A stretch of DNA of 46,596 bases, the filler included, from Streblomastix strix (taxonomy: Eukaryota), in NCBI GenBank assembly GCA_008636045.1. It is 2 parts of 2 records of this genome, joined end to end, with 100 filler letters (N's around TTAATTAATTAA, not from the genome) between each part and the next. Parts side by side here need not be neighbours in the genome. Positions count along the whole stretch, not along the records: positions 23,350 to 46,596 come from SNRW01000294.1; 1 more part is not named here. The stretch is one strand, 5' to 3'. Positions 31,719 through 45,873 of the stretch are shown piece by piece. A program made the translations under genes and the position numbers. Numbering within the stretch: position 1 is the stretch's first letter; each line of letters starts with the position of its first letter. Under the pieces are notes generated by a model that was not told the DNA's origin, made no database searches, and worked only from the letters and a program-made list of their open reading frames with translations.

Positions 31719-34700
31719 TCAAGTGTCAGCTTCGTCGTTCCTATTTCGGTCAATGGGTGCGCGTTTGACTCGGCGCATTTATCCATCATCTGAATCGCTT
31801 GAGACTGACTCCTCTTGGACAACATAGCCATCTCTAATGCTTTTATTGTCCCTTTAATGAGATTCTACACTCTTTCCCTTTTATTTTCTACTTCCTAAGC
31901 CTGGCGATTATGGAGGTGAATTCTATTTTTTATCTGGTGAGTTGAAAGAATGAACTGATCGAGGTCTGGATTCTTATGATTATCTTCCAGGGAAAGAATA
32001 AGTAGTCTGTGGTTGAGGAGTACTTATAGGTTCGTGGCTCTATAGGTTGGATCTGCTATCTCTTTACTGTTGTTACTATCCAGCCATTGCCCCATCAATA
32101 CTACGTTCTTATTGATTACTTTCTCTCTCATCAAATCTTTTTTCTCTTTTGCTTTCCTTTTATCTATTTAAATTTTGATGATCCGTTTTATCATTTGATT
32201 CGGATTTTTAATTATTTTCACTAACAAATCTTTCTCCTCTTTCAATATTATCACCTGCATTCCTACTTTATTATTACTGCATAATATCAGAAGATGAAAA
32301 TCCATTTGGAATACTACTTTCTTTGAACTCACTAGTTGGTGTTTATAACCTCTTTGCTCTATCAGCTCTATTTTATGGCTCTGGAGATCTTAGTCTTACT
32401 GCTGGTTGTTTTGCATTCTCATCAGTTGATTAATTTCTATGACTACTACTTTATGCCAATTTTTATTCTTGATTTTCTTTATATCTTCTTTCAGTTGATG
32501 CTTTTTATTGCTCAATTTTGTTTAGAAGGAGATTGTTTTATTTGTTATTTTCACGTAAGGTTTATGAATTTAAATTATGATGGAGCGATTCATCAGGACT
32601 ATGATGTGATTACCTTGCCTGATATTGCTAGTACTATTAATTATTTTGAGAAGGTGAGGAAAGAAGGCTTGGAGACATACGAGTTGTACCTTATTAATAT
32701 TAATATTAACCTGGACTTTGCGGTGATGGAGATTGTTCTATTGGAGATGCTTCACGATCAGGTGAATACTACCCTCTAAATTGATTTGAAACACTTACTG
32801 TCCTTCTTGTTGGACTACCAAATGGTTGTATATGAGATTGAGCCTGTCTTTATGAGCGCGAATATGAAGTCTTCACTGATCTTTTACTCAATTGACTCGA
32901 TTGATGTCTTGATAATACGGTGTTTGGCTCCAATTAATCTCTTGGTTTATTATCTAGATAGTTCTCTTATTGAATTTGTGGTTAATCTTTGAAAATTTAT
33001 ATATAAATAATAATAAATAATAAATAATTCTATATTTTTATTAATCTATCTATTTAATAAGTATAATTATATACTATTCAATACCTAGATAGTTCTAATT
33101 CTATTATTATCTATGAGATTATGTAACAGAATTGTTTTATGAATGAGGAGATGAGCGAATGTTTATTACTTATGACTTTACGCTTCCTCTATCTTTCATA
33201 TTTGAATATTATAAATGTTACAATGGTGATTCAGACTCACTTTATATTAGTCTGGAACGATTTTAATTTGTGTAATTCTCTTCAATTTTCTAATATTTAT
33301 ATTCATCATTTTCATAAATTTCTACATTTTATATATTTCCATCAAAATCATTCATATCTTTTGTTGGGATATGAGAATTCAATTGAATCTACTGAAGGTT
33401 CAATTAAAGCTTTGGAGAGACATTTTATTTCATGAATTCATTTATCTTTGAAGATCCAATCATCGATCTATTTCCAGCCATAATTTACTCTTATTCATCT
33501 CTTTTAATCTATTTCTCATTAACTTTCTTTAATTTCATTTATTTCCCTTTCTTTTTATCAATTTCATTATTTGGAGAGGGTGATCTTGGAGGTGGTTCCT
33601 ATGGATCTGGGGATTCAAATTAAGAATGTGGATGAGAAGATTATCTGGATGGAGATGTACTTCTTTAATAAGGTTAATATACAGAATTACTGGATTCATA
33701 TTCATCTTCAGTTGGGTGATAGACTTTTGGTTTGAATACATTGGAACTTATGCTCTTTAATGCAATATCTTATTCATCTCTTTAATATTATTTATCCAAT
33801 GGTGATTCAATATCTTCATCTAATAATGATGTATCATTCATGAAAAATTTTTAAATCTTTTACTTTGAATTTGTGGTTAATCTTTGAAAATTTATATATA
33901 AATAATAATAAATAATAAATAATTCTATATTTTTATTAATCTATCTATTTAATAAGTATAATTATATACTATTCAATACCTAGATAGTTCTAATTCTATT
34001 ATTATCTATGAGATTATGTAACAGAATTGTTTTATGAATGAGGAGATGAGCGAATGTTTATTACTTATGACTTTACGCTTCCTCTATCTTTCATATTTGA
34101 ATATTATAAATGTTACAATGGTGATTCAGACTCACTTTATATTAGTCTGGAACGATTTTAATTTGTGTAATTCTCTTCAATTTTCTAATATTTATATTCA
34201 TCATTTTCATAAATTTCTACATTTTATATATTTCCATCAAAATCATTCATATCTTTTGTTGGGATATGAGAATTCAATTGAATCTACTGAAGGTTCAATT
34301 AAAGCTTTGGAGAGACATTTTATTTCATGAATTCATTTATCTTTGAAGATCCAATCATCGATCTATTTCCAGCCATAATTTACTCTTATTCATCTCTTTT
34401 AATCTATTTCTCATTAACTTTCTTTAATTTCATTTATTTCCCTTTCTTTTTATCAATTTCATTATTTGGAGAGGGTGATCTTGGAGGTGGTTCCTATGGA
34501 TCTGGGGATTCAAATTAAGAATGTGGATGAGAAGATTATCTGGATGGAGATGTACTTCTTTAATAAGGTTAATATACAGAATTACTGGATTCATATTCAT
34601 CTTCAGTTGGGTGATAGACTTTTGGTTTGAATACATTGGAACTTATGCTCTTTAATGCAATATCTTATTCATCTCTTTAATATTATTTATCCAATGGTGA

Positions 34701-35086
34701 TTCAATATCTTCATCTAATAATGATGTATCATTCATGAAAAATTTTTAAATCTTTTACTTTTAATTTGTGGATATCAATGCAGGAACTGAGTATACTGAA
34801 TTAATATCTACAGTTACCTAATCATATTAATATAAATCTGAATTTAAGTTTGAATTTGTGTCTGAATCGATTTACTATTCGTTCTCCTTTTCTTCCTCTA
34901 TTCTTTTGTATTTATTTGATTAATTTGACCTTATTGATACAGATGAAGAAGGCGATAAATTAACTGTATTTAACTCCCTAAATTGACTAGATTCTGAACG
35001 TTGTTAGCTTGGATTCCTCTATTATTAGGAAATTGGAGAACGGTTATTTAGCTGAGGAGGAGAAGGAACACGCTGAAGAGGAGGAG
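31719..35086 (-). CDS. Hypothetical S/P/Q/R-rich disordered protein, 3' part only (5' end lost at the fold-back; includes a frameshifting 895-bp duplication)
   Basis: The minus-strand frame is open through the palindrome spacer (SPPLQRVPSPPQ...) and ends EESVSSDSDDGQMRRVKRAPIDRNRNDEADT-TGA. It contains a 98-nt intron. The stop may instead be the next TGA (31701). Confidence 0.7.
32970..34760. repeat. 895-bp direct tandem duplication (mirrored at ~35186-36976)
   Basis: Identical ORF-track entries offset by 895 (33139/34034, 33432/34327). Confidence 0.93.
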
Positions 35087-38000
35087 ACAAATTCAAACTT
35101 AAATTCAGATTTATATTAATATGATTAGGTAACTGTAGATATTAATTCAGTATACTCAGTTCCTGCATTGATATCCACAAATTAAAAGTAAAAGATTTAA
35201 AAATTTTTCATGAATGATACATCATTATTAGATGAAGATATTGAATCACCATTGGATAAATAATATTAAAGAGATGAATAAGATATTGCATTAAAGAGCA
35301 TAAGTTCCAATGTATTCAAACCAAAAGTCTATCACCCAACTGAAGATGAATATGAATCCAGTAATTCTGTATATTAACCTTATTAAAGAAGTACATCTCC
35401 ATCCAGATAATCTTCTCATCCACATTCTTAATTTGAATCCCCAGATCCATAGGAACCACCTCCAAGATCACCCTCTCCAAATAATGAAATTGATAAAAAG
35501 AAAGGGAAATAAATGAAATTAAAGAAAGTTAATGAGAAATAGATTAAAAGAGATGAATAAGAGTAAATTATGGCTGGAAATAGATCGATGATTGGATCTT
35601 CAAAGATAAATGAATTCATGAAATAAAATGTCTCTCCAAAGCTTTAATTGAACCTTCAGTAGATTCAATTGAATTCTCATATCCCAACAAAAGATATGAA
35701 TGATTTTGATGGAAATATATAAAATGTAGAAATTTATGAAAATGATGAATATAAATATTAGAAAATTGAAGAGAATTACACAAATTAAAATCGTTCCAGA
35801 CTAATATAAAGTGAGTCTGAATCACCATTGTAACATTTATAATATTCAAATATGAAAGATAGAGGAAGCGTAAAGTCATAAGTAATAAACATTCGCTCAT
35901 CTCCTCATTCATAAAACAATTCTGTTACATAATCTCATAGATAATAATAGAATTAGAACTATCTAGGTATTGAATAGTATATAATTATACTTATTAAATA
36001 GATAGATTAATAAAAATATAGAATTATTTATTATTTATTATTATTTATATATAAATTTTCAAAGATTAACCACAAATTCAAAGTAAAAGATTTAAAAATT
36101 TTTCATGAATGATACATCATTATTAGATGAAGATATTGAATCACCATTGGATAAATAATATTAAAGAGATGAATAAGATATTGCATTAAAGAGCATAAGT
36201 TCCAATGTATTCAAACCAAAAGTCTATCACCCAACTGAAGATGAATATGAATCCAGTAATTCTGTATATTAACCTTATTAAAGAAGTACATCTCCATCCA
36301 GATAATCTTCTCATCCACATTCTTAATTTGAATCCCCAGATCCATAGGAACCACCTCCAAGATCACCCTCTCCAAATAATGAAATTGATAAAAAGAAAGG
36401 GAAATAAATGAAATTAAAGAAAGTTAATGAGAAATAGATTAAAAGAGATGAATAAGAGTAAATTATGGCTGGAAATAGATCGATGATTGGATCTTCAAAG
36501 ATAAATGAATTCATGAAATAAAATGTCTCTCCAAAGCTTTAATTGAACCTTCAGTAGATTCAATTGAATTCTCATATCCCAACAAAAGATATGAATGATT
36601 TTGATGGAAATATATAAAATGTAGAAATTTATGAAAATGATGAATATAAATATTAGAAAATTGAAGAGAATTACACAAATTAAAATCGTTCCAGACTAAT
36701 ATAAAGTGAGTCTGAATCACCATTGTAACATTTATAATATTCAAATATGAAAGATAGAGGAAGCGTAAAGTCATAAGTAATAAACATTCGCTCATCTCCT
36801 CATTCATAAAACAATTCTGTTACATAATCTCATAGATAATAATAGAATTAGAACTATCTAGGTATTGAATAGTATATAATTATACTTATTAAATAGATAG
36901 ATTAATAAAAATATAGAATTATTTATTATTTATTATTATTTATATATAAATTTTCAAAGATTAACCACAAATTCAATAAGAGAACTATCTAGATAATAAA
37001 CCAAGAGATTAATTGGAGCCAAACACCGTATTATCAAGACATCAATCGAGTCAATTGAGTAAAAGATCAGTGAAGACTTCATATTCGCGCTCATAAAGAC
37101 AGGCTCAATCTCATATACAACCATTTGGTAGTCCAACAAGAAGGACAGTAAGTGTTTCAAATCAATTTAGAGGGTAGTATTCACCTGATCGTGAAGCATC
37201 TCCAATAGAACAATCTCCATCACCGCAAAGTCCAGGTTAATATTAATATTAATAAGGTACAACTCGTATGTCTCCAAGCCTTCTTTCCTCACCTTCTCAA
37301 AATAATTAATAGTACTAGCAATATCAGGCAAGGTAATCACATCATAGTCCTGATGAATCGCTCCATCATAATTTAAATTCATAAACCTTACGTGAAAATA
37401 ACAAATAAAACAATCTCCTTCTAAACAAAATTGAGCAATAAAAAGCATCAACTGAAAGAAGATATAAAGAAAATCAAGAATAAAAATTGGCATAAAGTAG
37501 TAGTCATAGAAATTAATCAACTGATGAGAATGCAAAACAACCAGCAGTAAGACTAAGATCTCCAGAGCCATAAAATAGAGCTGATAGAGCAAAGAGGTTA
37601 TAAACACCAACTAGTGAGTTCAAAGAAAGTAGTATTCCAAATGGATTTTCATCTTCTGATATTATGCAGTAATAATAAAGTAGGAATGCAGGTGATAATA
37701 TTGAAAGAGGAGAAAGATTTGTTAGTGAAAATAATTAAAAATCCGAATCAAATGATAAAACGGATCATCAAAATTTAAATAGATAAAAGGAAAGCAAAAG
37801 AGAAAAAAGATTTGATGAGAGAGAAAGTAATCAATAAGAACGTAGTATTGATGGGGCAATGGCTGGATAGTAACAACAGTAAAGAGATAGCAGATCCAAC
37901 CTATAGAGCCACGAACCTATAAGTACTCCTCAACCACAGACTACTTATTCTTTCCCTGGAAGATAATCATAAGAATCCAGACCTCGATCAGTTCATTCTT

Positions 38001-38227
38001 TCAACTCACCAGATAAAAAATAGAATTCACCTCCATAATCGCCAGGCTTAGGAAGTAGAAAATAAAAGGGAAAGAGTGTAGAATCTCATTAAAGGGACAA
38101 TAAAAGCATTAGAGATGGCTATGTTGTCCAAGAGGAGTCAGTCTCAAGCGATTCAGATGATGGATAAATGCGCCGAGTCAAACGCGCACCCATTGACCGA
38201 AATAGGAACGACGAAGCTGACACTTGA
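35087..38227 (+). CDS. Mirror copy of the partial S/P/Q/R-rich hypothetical gene
   Basis: Reverse complement of 31719-34859. Confidence 0.65.
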
Positions 38228-38381
38228 GAATCTTATTTCGAATGAGGGGAATTTTCAGTCTTTATTTTTCAAAAATTCACTATCATTGTTTCATCATCTA
38301 TATTTTTGATTTATTTGTGTATTCCTTAGTTTTATAATCTTTATTTTCTTTAAAAAAAATGATTTTAACGCAATATATTTT

Positions 38382-41300
38382 TCACTGCAATAAACTAATA
38401 TTGCGAAGGATTGCTTTTAGATTTGAAATCAGTAATTGTTTCCTCGCATTGCTAGAGATTCTTGTTGAATTTAGCTGATCATCTTTCTCTTTCTCTTTTT
38501 ATTTGTTCATCAATCTTATCTTCTCACGAATGAGCTCTGCCAATTTCTCCTTTCCATCTATTTAAGTTGCTATTGCCGAGTTCTTGGTTGTTCGCTCCAA
38601 CAAAATGACAATGGATGATTCTATTTCCTCAACTTTCTTAGTAATGTCTATTTCATCCTCAATTTGTTCAATATCGGTATCTTCCTGCATGGATTGAATA
38701 GCTTGAAATCTGAAACAACGACGGAGTGCTCTGAAAAGAAGAAGCTAGATCCACGAATTGCCACATTCTCGTTCGAACACAGTACCTTCTTTGGCTTCAA
38801 TTTACATTGATCCTTAAATGAAGTCTCTTGAAGTGGATTAAATTTATATTATCTTTTTTAAGTTCTTTCCTTTAAAAGAAAGTTCTGATGAAATGGATGA
38901 GCTTCTTTTTTATGAGTCATGAACCTATGAATAATTATCATATGATTAAGATCTTTATATATTTCCTTATTTATTATCTTTATCTCTATAAGAAGAATAT
39001 GGATATTTGAAATGAGTTGGTGATGGAGACTAAGAATATAAGAATGCAGATGAAGGTGAAATGCTTAGTTTTAGTATTTCAGAATTTGGTTATATGATTG
39101 AATTTAATTCTGTCATAGAAGTATAATTAATGGGTTATTGTCTTGATAGAGCAAGAAATAGTTAAACTGTCTTACTAACTATAGCTGGATGTTATGAAAG
39201 TAAGTGAGGAGCAACAAAGATGACTCCATTATTAGAGAAGAATTCAGATGATATATTAAGTTGAGCAAATTTGAAACATGCAGCAATATTGTCATAAACA
39301 TTTAATATCTCAACTTGAAGCGAATTCGAATCTAACATTTAAGATGATTAAGAATGCTATATTTAAGATTATTTTTATGAATGAGATGATGAAAGACGAT
39401 CAGATGCTTGTGAAATCATTATTAGATGACTTTGTATTGGAATGAGTCGAAGCAAAGCTAAAGAAGAGAGAAGAGTCAATGTCCATTATTCTTCTATTAC
39501 ATCACTTCTTTATGTGTTTAGTGTTTATTAATCAATTGATTTATTATTTTATGAACTTAATTGAGATTAATAAGATGATTTTCTATTCAAATCTACTCCT
39601 TTTTTCCCCACTTCTTTATCAGGTTTGTTGGTTGAAGATATTTCCTGAATTTTAAATGGCATAAATAATATTTATATTGTTTAATAAAATAATAATAAAA
39701 AATCAAATGAAGATATTTTTAATTTCAATAATAATAATAATAAATTAATACTTTCAATGTCTACACCATTTCTACTACCATTATCTCATTCTGAAATGAA
39801 CTGTGTGGACAATACTATAATTTAATTTAATGATAAGTGGAAACAATTAATAATAATAAAGTAGTTTTCTTATTTATTTTTAATTACTCCATATCTTATT
39901 TCATACCACTGTATCAGGGTCTTCAGCAGAACAATGTTCAGCAGAAAGAAGAGCAAGTAATAACTAGAGAAATGTATGCTATGTCGATATTTGTGTATGT
40001 TTGATGAATGAAATATTAGAAGATATACTATTTAAGACTTGGCTTAGATGCGACATGGATATTCCTTCCTAAAATAGTGAAATGAAATAATATGATAAGT
40101 AGAAATAGAAATTGGATATAAATATAAGTGAAATAAATTTATATATTTTAATCTCATACTGATGTTATAGCCAATTTGCCCAATAATGGAATTATTGTTT
40201 CTAAATTATTAATGTTATCTTAATTAGTTATTTATTATTAAATTGGAAAAGATGTTTTAGATTCATTTGAAGATGATATCTAAGAAAATAGTTGAGATGA
40301 AACTGATTATAAAGATTTTTGGGATTTTTATGATTATTAAGACTTTTAAGAAAGTTTAGTTTATTATGATTATTTTGATTCAAGAGAAGATTATGATGAA
40401 TATTAATTATGTATCTAAGAATGAGATCGAATAGATTGATCATGGTCATGATGAGAATGAGTATTAGAATGAGTATTTGAATGAGTATTTGAATGAGGAC
40501 GTGATTGTGAATTTTTATGAATGTGTGTATGAGTATGATTATGATTATTTGTATGATTATTTACTTGGGAATTTGGTGAAGAGGGTGAAAATTATTTGGA
40601 TGAAGATAAAGATTCACATGATTGTTATGGTGGTGAATATACTGATGGGTTTTGAGATTAAGATGATTATGCTTTATTAATTTATAAGTGAGAAACAGTA
40701 AAAGAATTTGAGATGTTATTTTGCTAATTAGGTGATTATTATTATTATTAAGATGATTCTTAAGGTAAACGTGCAGATTATGATTAATATGACTATTAAA
40801 GGATCGAAGATTATTGTACAGGTTTTGGATGTTAACGAGCTGAAATAGAACATTTTTGTACATGCTTATGAGTAGATGAAGACTAATTAGGTAATTATGA
40901 GGATCGTTATGAGTTTAAAGAGGAAGTTAAAGGTGAAGATGAAGTGGATATTTATGAAGGTTCAATTATGTTAAATTCTGTTGATTATTCTATTATATTA
41001 GAAGATTACTCCATTTATTGAGTATGAATTGTACTTTCTTAATCTTGTTTTCTACTAGTTCTTCCTGAATTATTTTTTTTATCATTACTATTATTATATT
41101 TCTAATTATAATTTTCATTTTCGGTTTCATGCATTTTATTTTGCTTAATAACTTTATCTTTCACTTTTTATTGAATTTAACTTTTATCTTTAGTTTTTTC
41201 ATTCAATTTCTTCCCTTCATTCTTCCTTTCTTTATTTTTAATCTATTTTTTATTATCTTTTTCTTTTCTTTCATCTTCTAATAACTCTTCTTCTTATATA

Positions 41301-43844
41301 ATATCATCTTCTTCAATTTCTTTCTTTTTCTTATTATTTTAATCATCCTCATAGATTTTCTATTAATTTTATTTGCCTTATTTCATTTTCTTTATATATA
41401 CAACCTATGTTTATGTGGCTTATGTAGGATTATATACTTAATGTATCTATGGTTCATCCTAATAAAATAAATAATTTGAAAAAGAAGAGAAAATAGAAAT
41501 GATATCAATAATGAATACGATAAATGCATATATTAATATCAATAATATAATTTTATTTATTTATTATTTATCATACTTTAGAGAATGAAACTCTACAAGG
41601 AGCATTAATTTATAACCTAGATTATTCAGAGATTGAACTATGAGACGGAGGAATAAATATTGAAGGAAATGAACTAAATGATGATGATATTGATTATACT
41701 CCAACTCTTGGAGGTGAATACGTTTGTATTATTATTGGCTAATGTTCATTTTATTGAAATGAAGTGTGAATTGATTGTTATAATTCTTTATTTGAAGAAT
41801 TTATAAAATCAATTCTTTTGCCTTATGTTAAATTATTTTAATTAATATTAATTTCTTTACTTATATTTTATCCTTTTATTTAATTAATAGTTGCACTTGT
41901 ATCATTTGCGATATGAGGAGTAACTGCAGCTGTTAAGTTTGAGAAATTCGTACTATTTAATAGATCTTCATTATATAAATCTACTTTCTTCACTAACTCC
42001 TTTGTTCTTTCTTTTTCTTTTGATTTTTCGATCATTATTACATTTTCAGGCTGATTTACTTCTGTTTCCTTACTCTATCTTCTCATTATACTTTTTGGCT
42101 GGTTTCTGTCTTTGACTGAAATTATTTCATCTTTTGATTTATCCGATTATAAGATAAGACTACGATTCACCTCAAATTGTTGATTTTGATCAATTATCTT
42201 TGATTTTTCATTATTTTTCAAATCACAAGTATTATTATCAGGTAATTATTATTATTATATTTCTATATTCTCTGATTCTTCAAGATATTTCAATTATCTT
42301 TTCTCCTCTTTCTCAATAGCCAATTAAATTAATTACTTATTTCTCTATTAATATTTCTCTAATTTAGTCAATAGTCTATTCACTTCTTCTTGTTTATCCT
42401 TTTCGCTCTACTCTAAACTCTTCCTAAATTATTCTTTTGTTTCTTTATATTATGATCCAATCTAATCTTTCTCTAAATGCAATCTTTCAATTTCATTAAT
42501 CATCTTCTGACTACTATTTGTTATATCTCTTAGTTCATTTTATACTTTATCATTCTCTTTTGATAATTCTTATAGTTTAATCATTATTCCATCATTGTTA
42601 TCTTTATATTTAGATAATTCATCCCTTAATCTTTTATTTTCTATTGTTTTCTAACCTAATTTTCGAATTAGATCACCAAGTATATCACTTTCTTCTTTAT
42701 CATCAGCAATATTAGATTATTCAACTTTATTATCAACATTAATTTCCTCCTTTTCTTCTTCTTTCTTCTGGGATTATTATATTGATAATTATCTTTAACT
42801 GTTGATTTAAATCTCTTTACTGTTTTCTTCATTTAATTAACTAAATTTATTACTTTATATTTCTATATCTCTTATTCACACTATTTAACTTTAATTATGG
42901 GATTTACTTTCCATTTCTTTTTGTTATTCAATTTATTATATTCTATCACTTTCTATCTCATCATTAATTTCTATTTCTTTTGTATTTTGATAGTCTTTGT
43001 CTATATCTTTATTTTTTATTTTTATTCTATTATTATTACTATTTCTATTCCTATAATTATTATCTTTATCTTTTTCTTCTATTCTGATACTAAAATTATT
43101 TGTTACTTTAATTTTATCTCTATATTTCTCTAAATCTGTTTCATTTCTGTTTATTTTAATTGATTTCTGAGTTATGTTATATTACTAATCATTTCTTTTT
43201 GAATAAATATCATTCGTTTCACTATATTCATTATCAGTGATATTTGTTAGTGATGCTTTATCATACATATTATCTATACTGATTTATTCATCCATTTATG
43301 AATTTGATGAACTTCGATCTGTTTTTTAGTAACATGGAGATTGTTCTAAGTTATTCTTAAATGATTCAATGTTTGTTTATGATGGAGTAAAATCTTGAAA
43401 TATTTCTGATTTTTTCTCATTTCCCTCAGAATCAATCTGATTTTTTATATTCTCTATTATTGATTGTGATATATAGCTCGACGTTTTCTAAGTAGGTGTT
43501 TTTACAATTGATGGTTCGGGTGTATCTTAAGGGGATAGGCTCTATTTTGCAATGTCCGATCCTGGCGGTAATGTGACTTCAGCTTGCAAAAAATTGGGTC
43601 TGAATAGTTACAATAATTATTATTATTAAGATGATTCTTAAGGTAAACGTGCAGATTACGATTAATATGACTATTAAAGGGTTGATTATTGACCAGGAAT
43701 CGATGAAGCTGAAGCAAGGAACTTAGAGAACGCATCACTAAATCCTGTTCCCTCAAATTCGCCGAGAGAAATGTTATCGCCAGTAAAAACCCCGCTGGAC
43801 ATGCCGAAATGCGATGCAATAGATACAGGAGATGCAAAATTCAT
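38382..43844 (-). CDS. Mirror copy of the large coiled-coil hypothetical protein
   Basis: Reverse complement of 26102-31564. Confidence 0.7.
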
Positions 43845-44259
43845 CACTAAAAAAATAAATAAATAACTCTTGGATTATAACATAATTTTGAATTTTTTGC
43901 AATTAATTAAATATTTTATGTAGTATTACAAGTATTAACAAGATATAAATATTATTAAATTAGAGATTGACAAGAAAATAAAGTTTTTGTAATTCCACCA
44001 AGTGCAGATTAAATTTTTGTAAAATATTAAATTAAATAAATTAAAAATGGTAAATATTTGTTTTTACAATAAATATTGAAACAATTCACTTATACAACAA
44101 ATAACTCGAAATCAATTTTTGATTATGCATTAAATTTTCATGTCAATATCAAAAGTAAAAACAAATTGAGTAAATAAAAATTGTATCTATATATCAATAT
44201 AAGAATTTAAGTTTTATGTATTGAAATTTCAAAAGTTAAAAATTAATTTGGAGCAAAAC

Positions 44260-44965
44260 TCATTTTTACCTTATCTTAATTCCTTTATTTTATCGCTTCT
44301 CCCTACGCTGCTATCTTCGATCTTCTTTACGCTTTAAATCACTTTATATTCTTTATTCATCATCGGTCTGAAAATTAAGAATAGAATAGAATAAAAGAAT
44401 AGAATAATAAATCAATTTTAAACCAATTCTCTTTCTTACTCATTTGATTATTGTAAAAGCTTCTTCGCAAGTAAGAATAGTCCATATCCTGGAATCACCA
44501 TGTACGTTAGCCAGAAATATGGAGTAATCCATGCAGTAGCTTAAGAAAACAAAGCTATGAAGAAAAAATCGTAGATATATCTTCAAATACATATCAAAAT
44601 ATGAAGAGAAATGAAAAAAAATTGCAACAATTTGTTAATTATACCCTGAAATTCCTCCCATTGAAGTGATATCATCATCGCGAGCCTTCATACCAGCAAA
44701 CATCTTCGCAATATAACCAGTTGCAGCTCCTGTAATAATTACCCAAAGCCAATCAGACCAGAACTTAAACTTTCTATGAAGCAGAAGCATCAATATTATC
44801 CTAAAAATAACTGCAATGCCCTGCATGAAAAATGAATTGCAAAAAATATTAAATAACAATAAATAAAGGAGTAAAGCTTACATTGATTATTGCAACAGCA
44901 AGGATGATTTGTTTCATCCTCTTATTGTTGTTTAATCGTAACTACTTCTAATTCTGGTTAGACAT
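44260..44965 (-). CDS. TMEM208: Mirror copy of TMEM208/SND2
   Basis: Reverse complement of 24981-25686. Confidence 0.82.
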
Positions 44966-45873
44966 CGCAATATATTCTACAAAGGAAATAGATTAAAAAA
45001 AATTGAAACTAATCATGTTTGAGAGAAAATTTTAAGATTGATTTTTTTTGGATTTTCATCTTCACATGGCTATCAAATATATTTAGTAATATATTTTAGG
45101 ATGATTAATATATATAATTAATCAAAATGATGATAGCAAATGAAGAATAACATTCTTTTATTTACGTTGTGCTAAATTTTCAATATTTTTTCTTTCCATT
45201 TGATTTTGTTAGATTTAATAGAAAAACAAATGATGATTTATAATTAAAATTGTTATTAAATAAAATGAGATTGATTTTAATTAATAAAATAAATCTATGT
45301 AAACTTATAGAGATAAAAAAACTGAAAAATATAAAAATATAACAATTATTGGATGAATTAAAGGTAATATGTATATTCTAAGTAAAATTTAATATATAAT
45401 TGGTTAAATAATTTTTTTGAACGTATATGAGTAATAATAAACAACCGGAAAAGAAGTTAGAAGGAATTTACTTTTTATTCATATTCACTTCTCTTTACTT
45501 TAAATTTTGCAAGTCATGTACATTTATAAATTTTATTTATTCATTTATTAATATTAAAATCACTCTTTTCAAACAAGCCAATCATTTATTTGGATTTTTA
45601 AATAAACACATGATATCTGCTCGTGCTTCATTCTAAGTATAACTCTTATGCTTTTAAATATAATAATACATATTATTATCAACAATTGTTCGCAAGATAA
45701 CAATAAATAAAATTTTTAGAAGTAAATATTGTCCTAACAAAATTTTCTGAAAAAAGTTAGAATACTTACCTTACTGACCGATATTTTTATTTTAGTATAT
45801 ATTTAATTGGATTTTTAAATTATATTTAATTATATATTTGATACTATTTTTAGATATCTGCACTCTTCTTCCG

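Noticed and set aside
45762..45772. ATACTTACCT resembling the U1 snRNA 5' end (mirror at ~24174-24184)
   Set aside because: The downstream DNA is AT-rich with no U1 stem-loops. It is simply the complement of a GTAAGTAT donor-like sequence.
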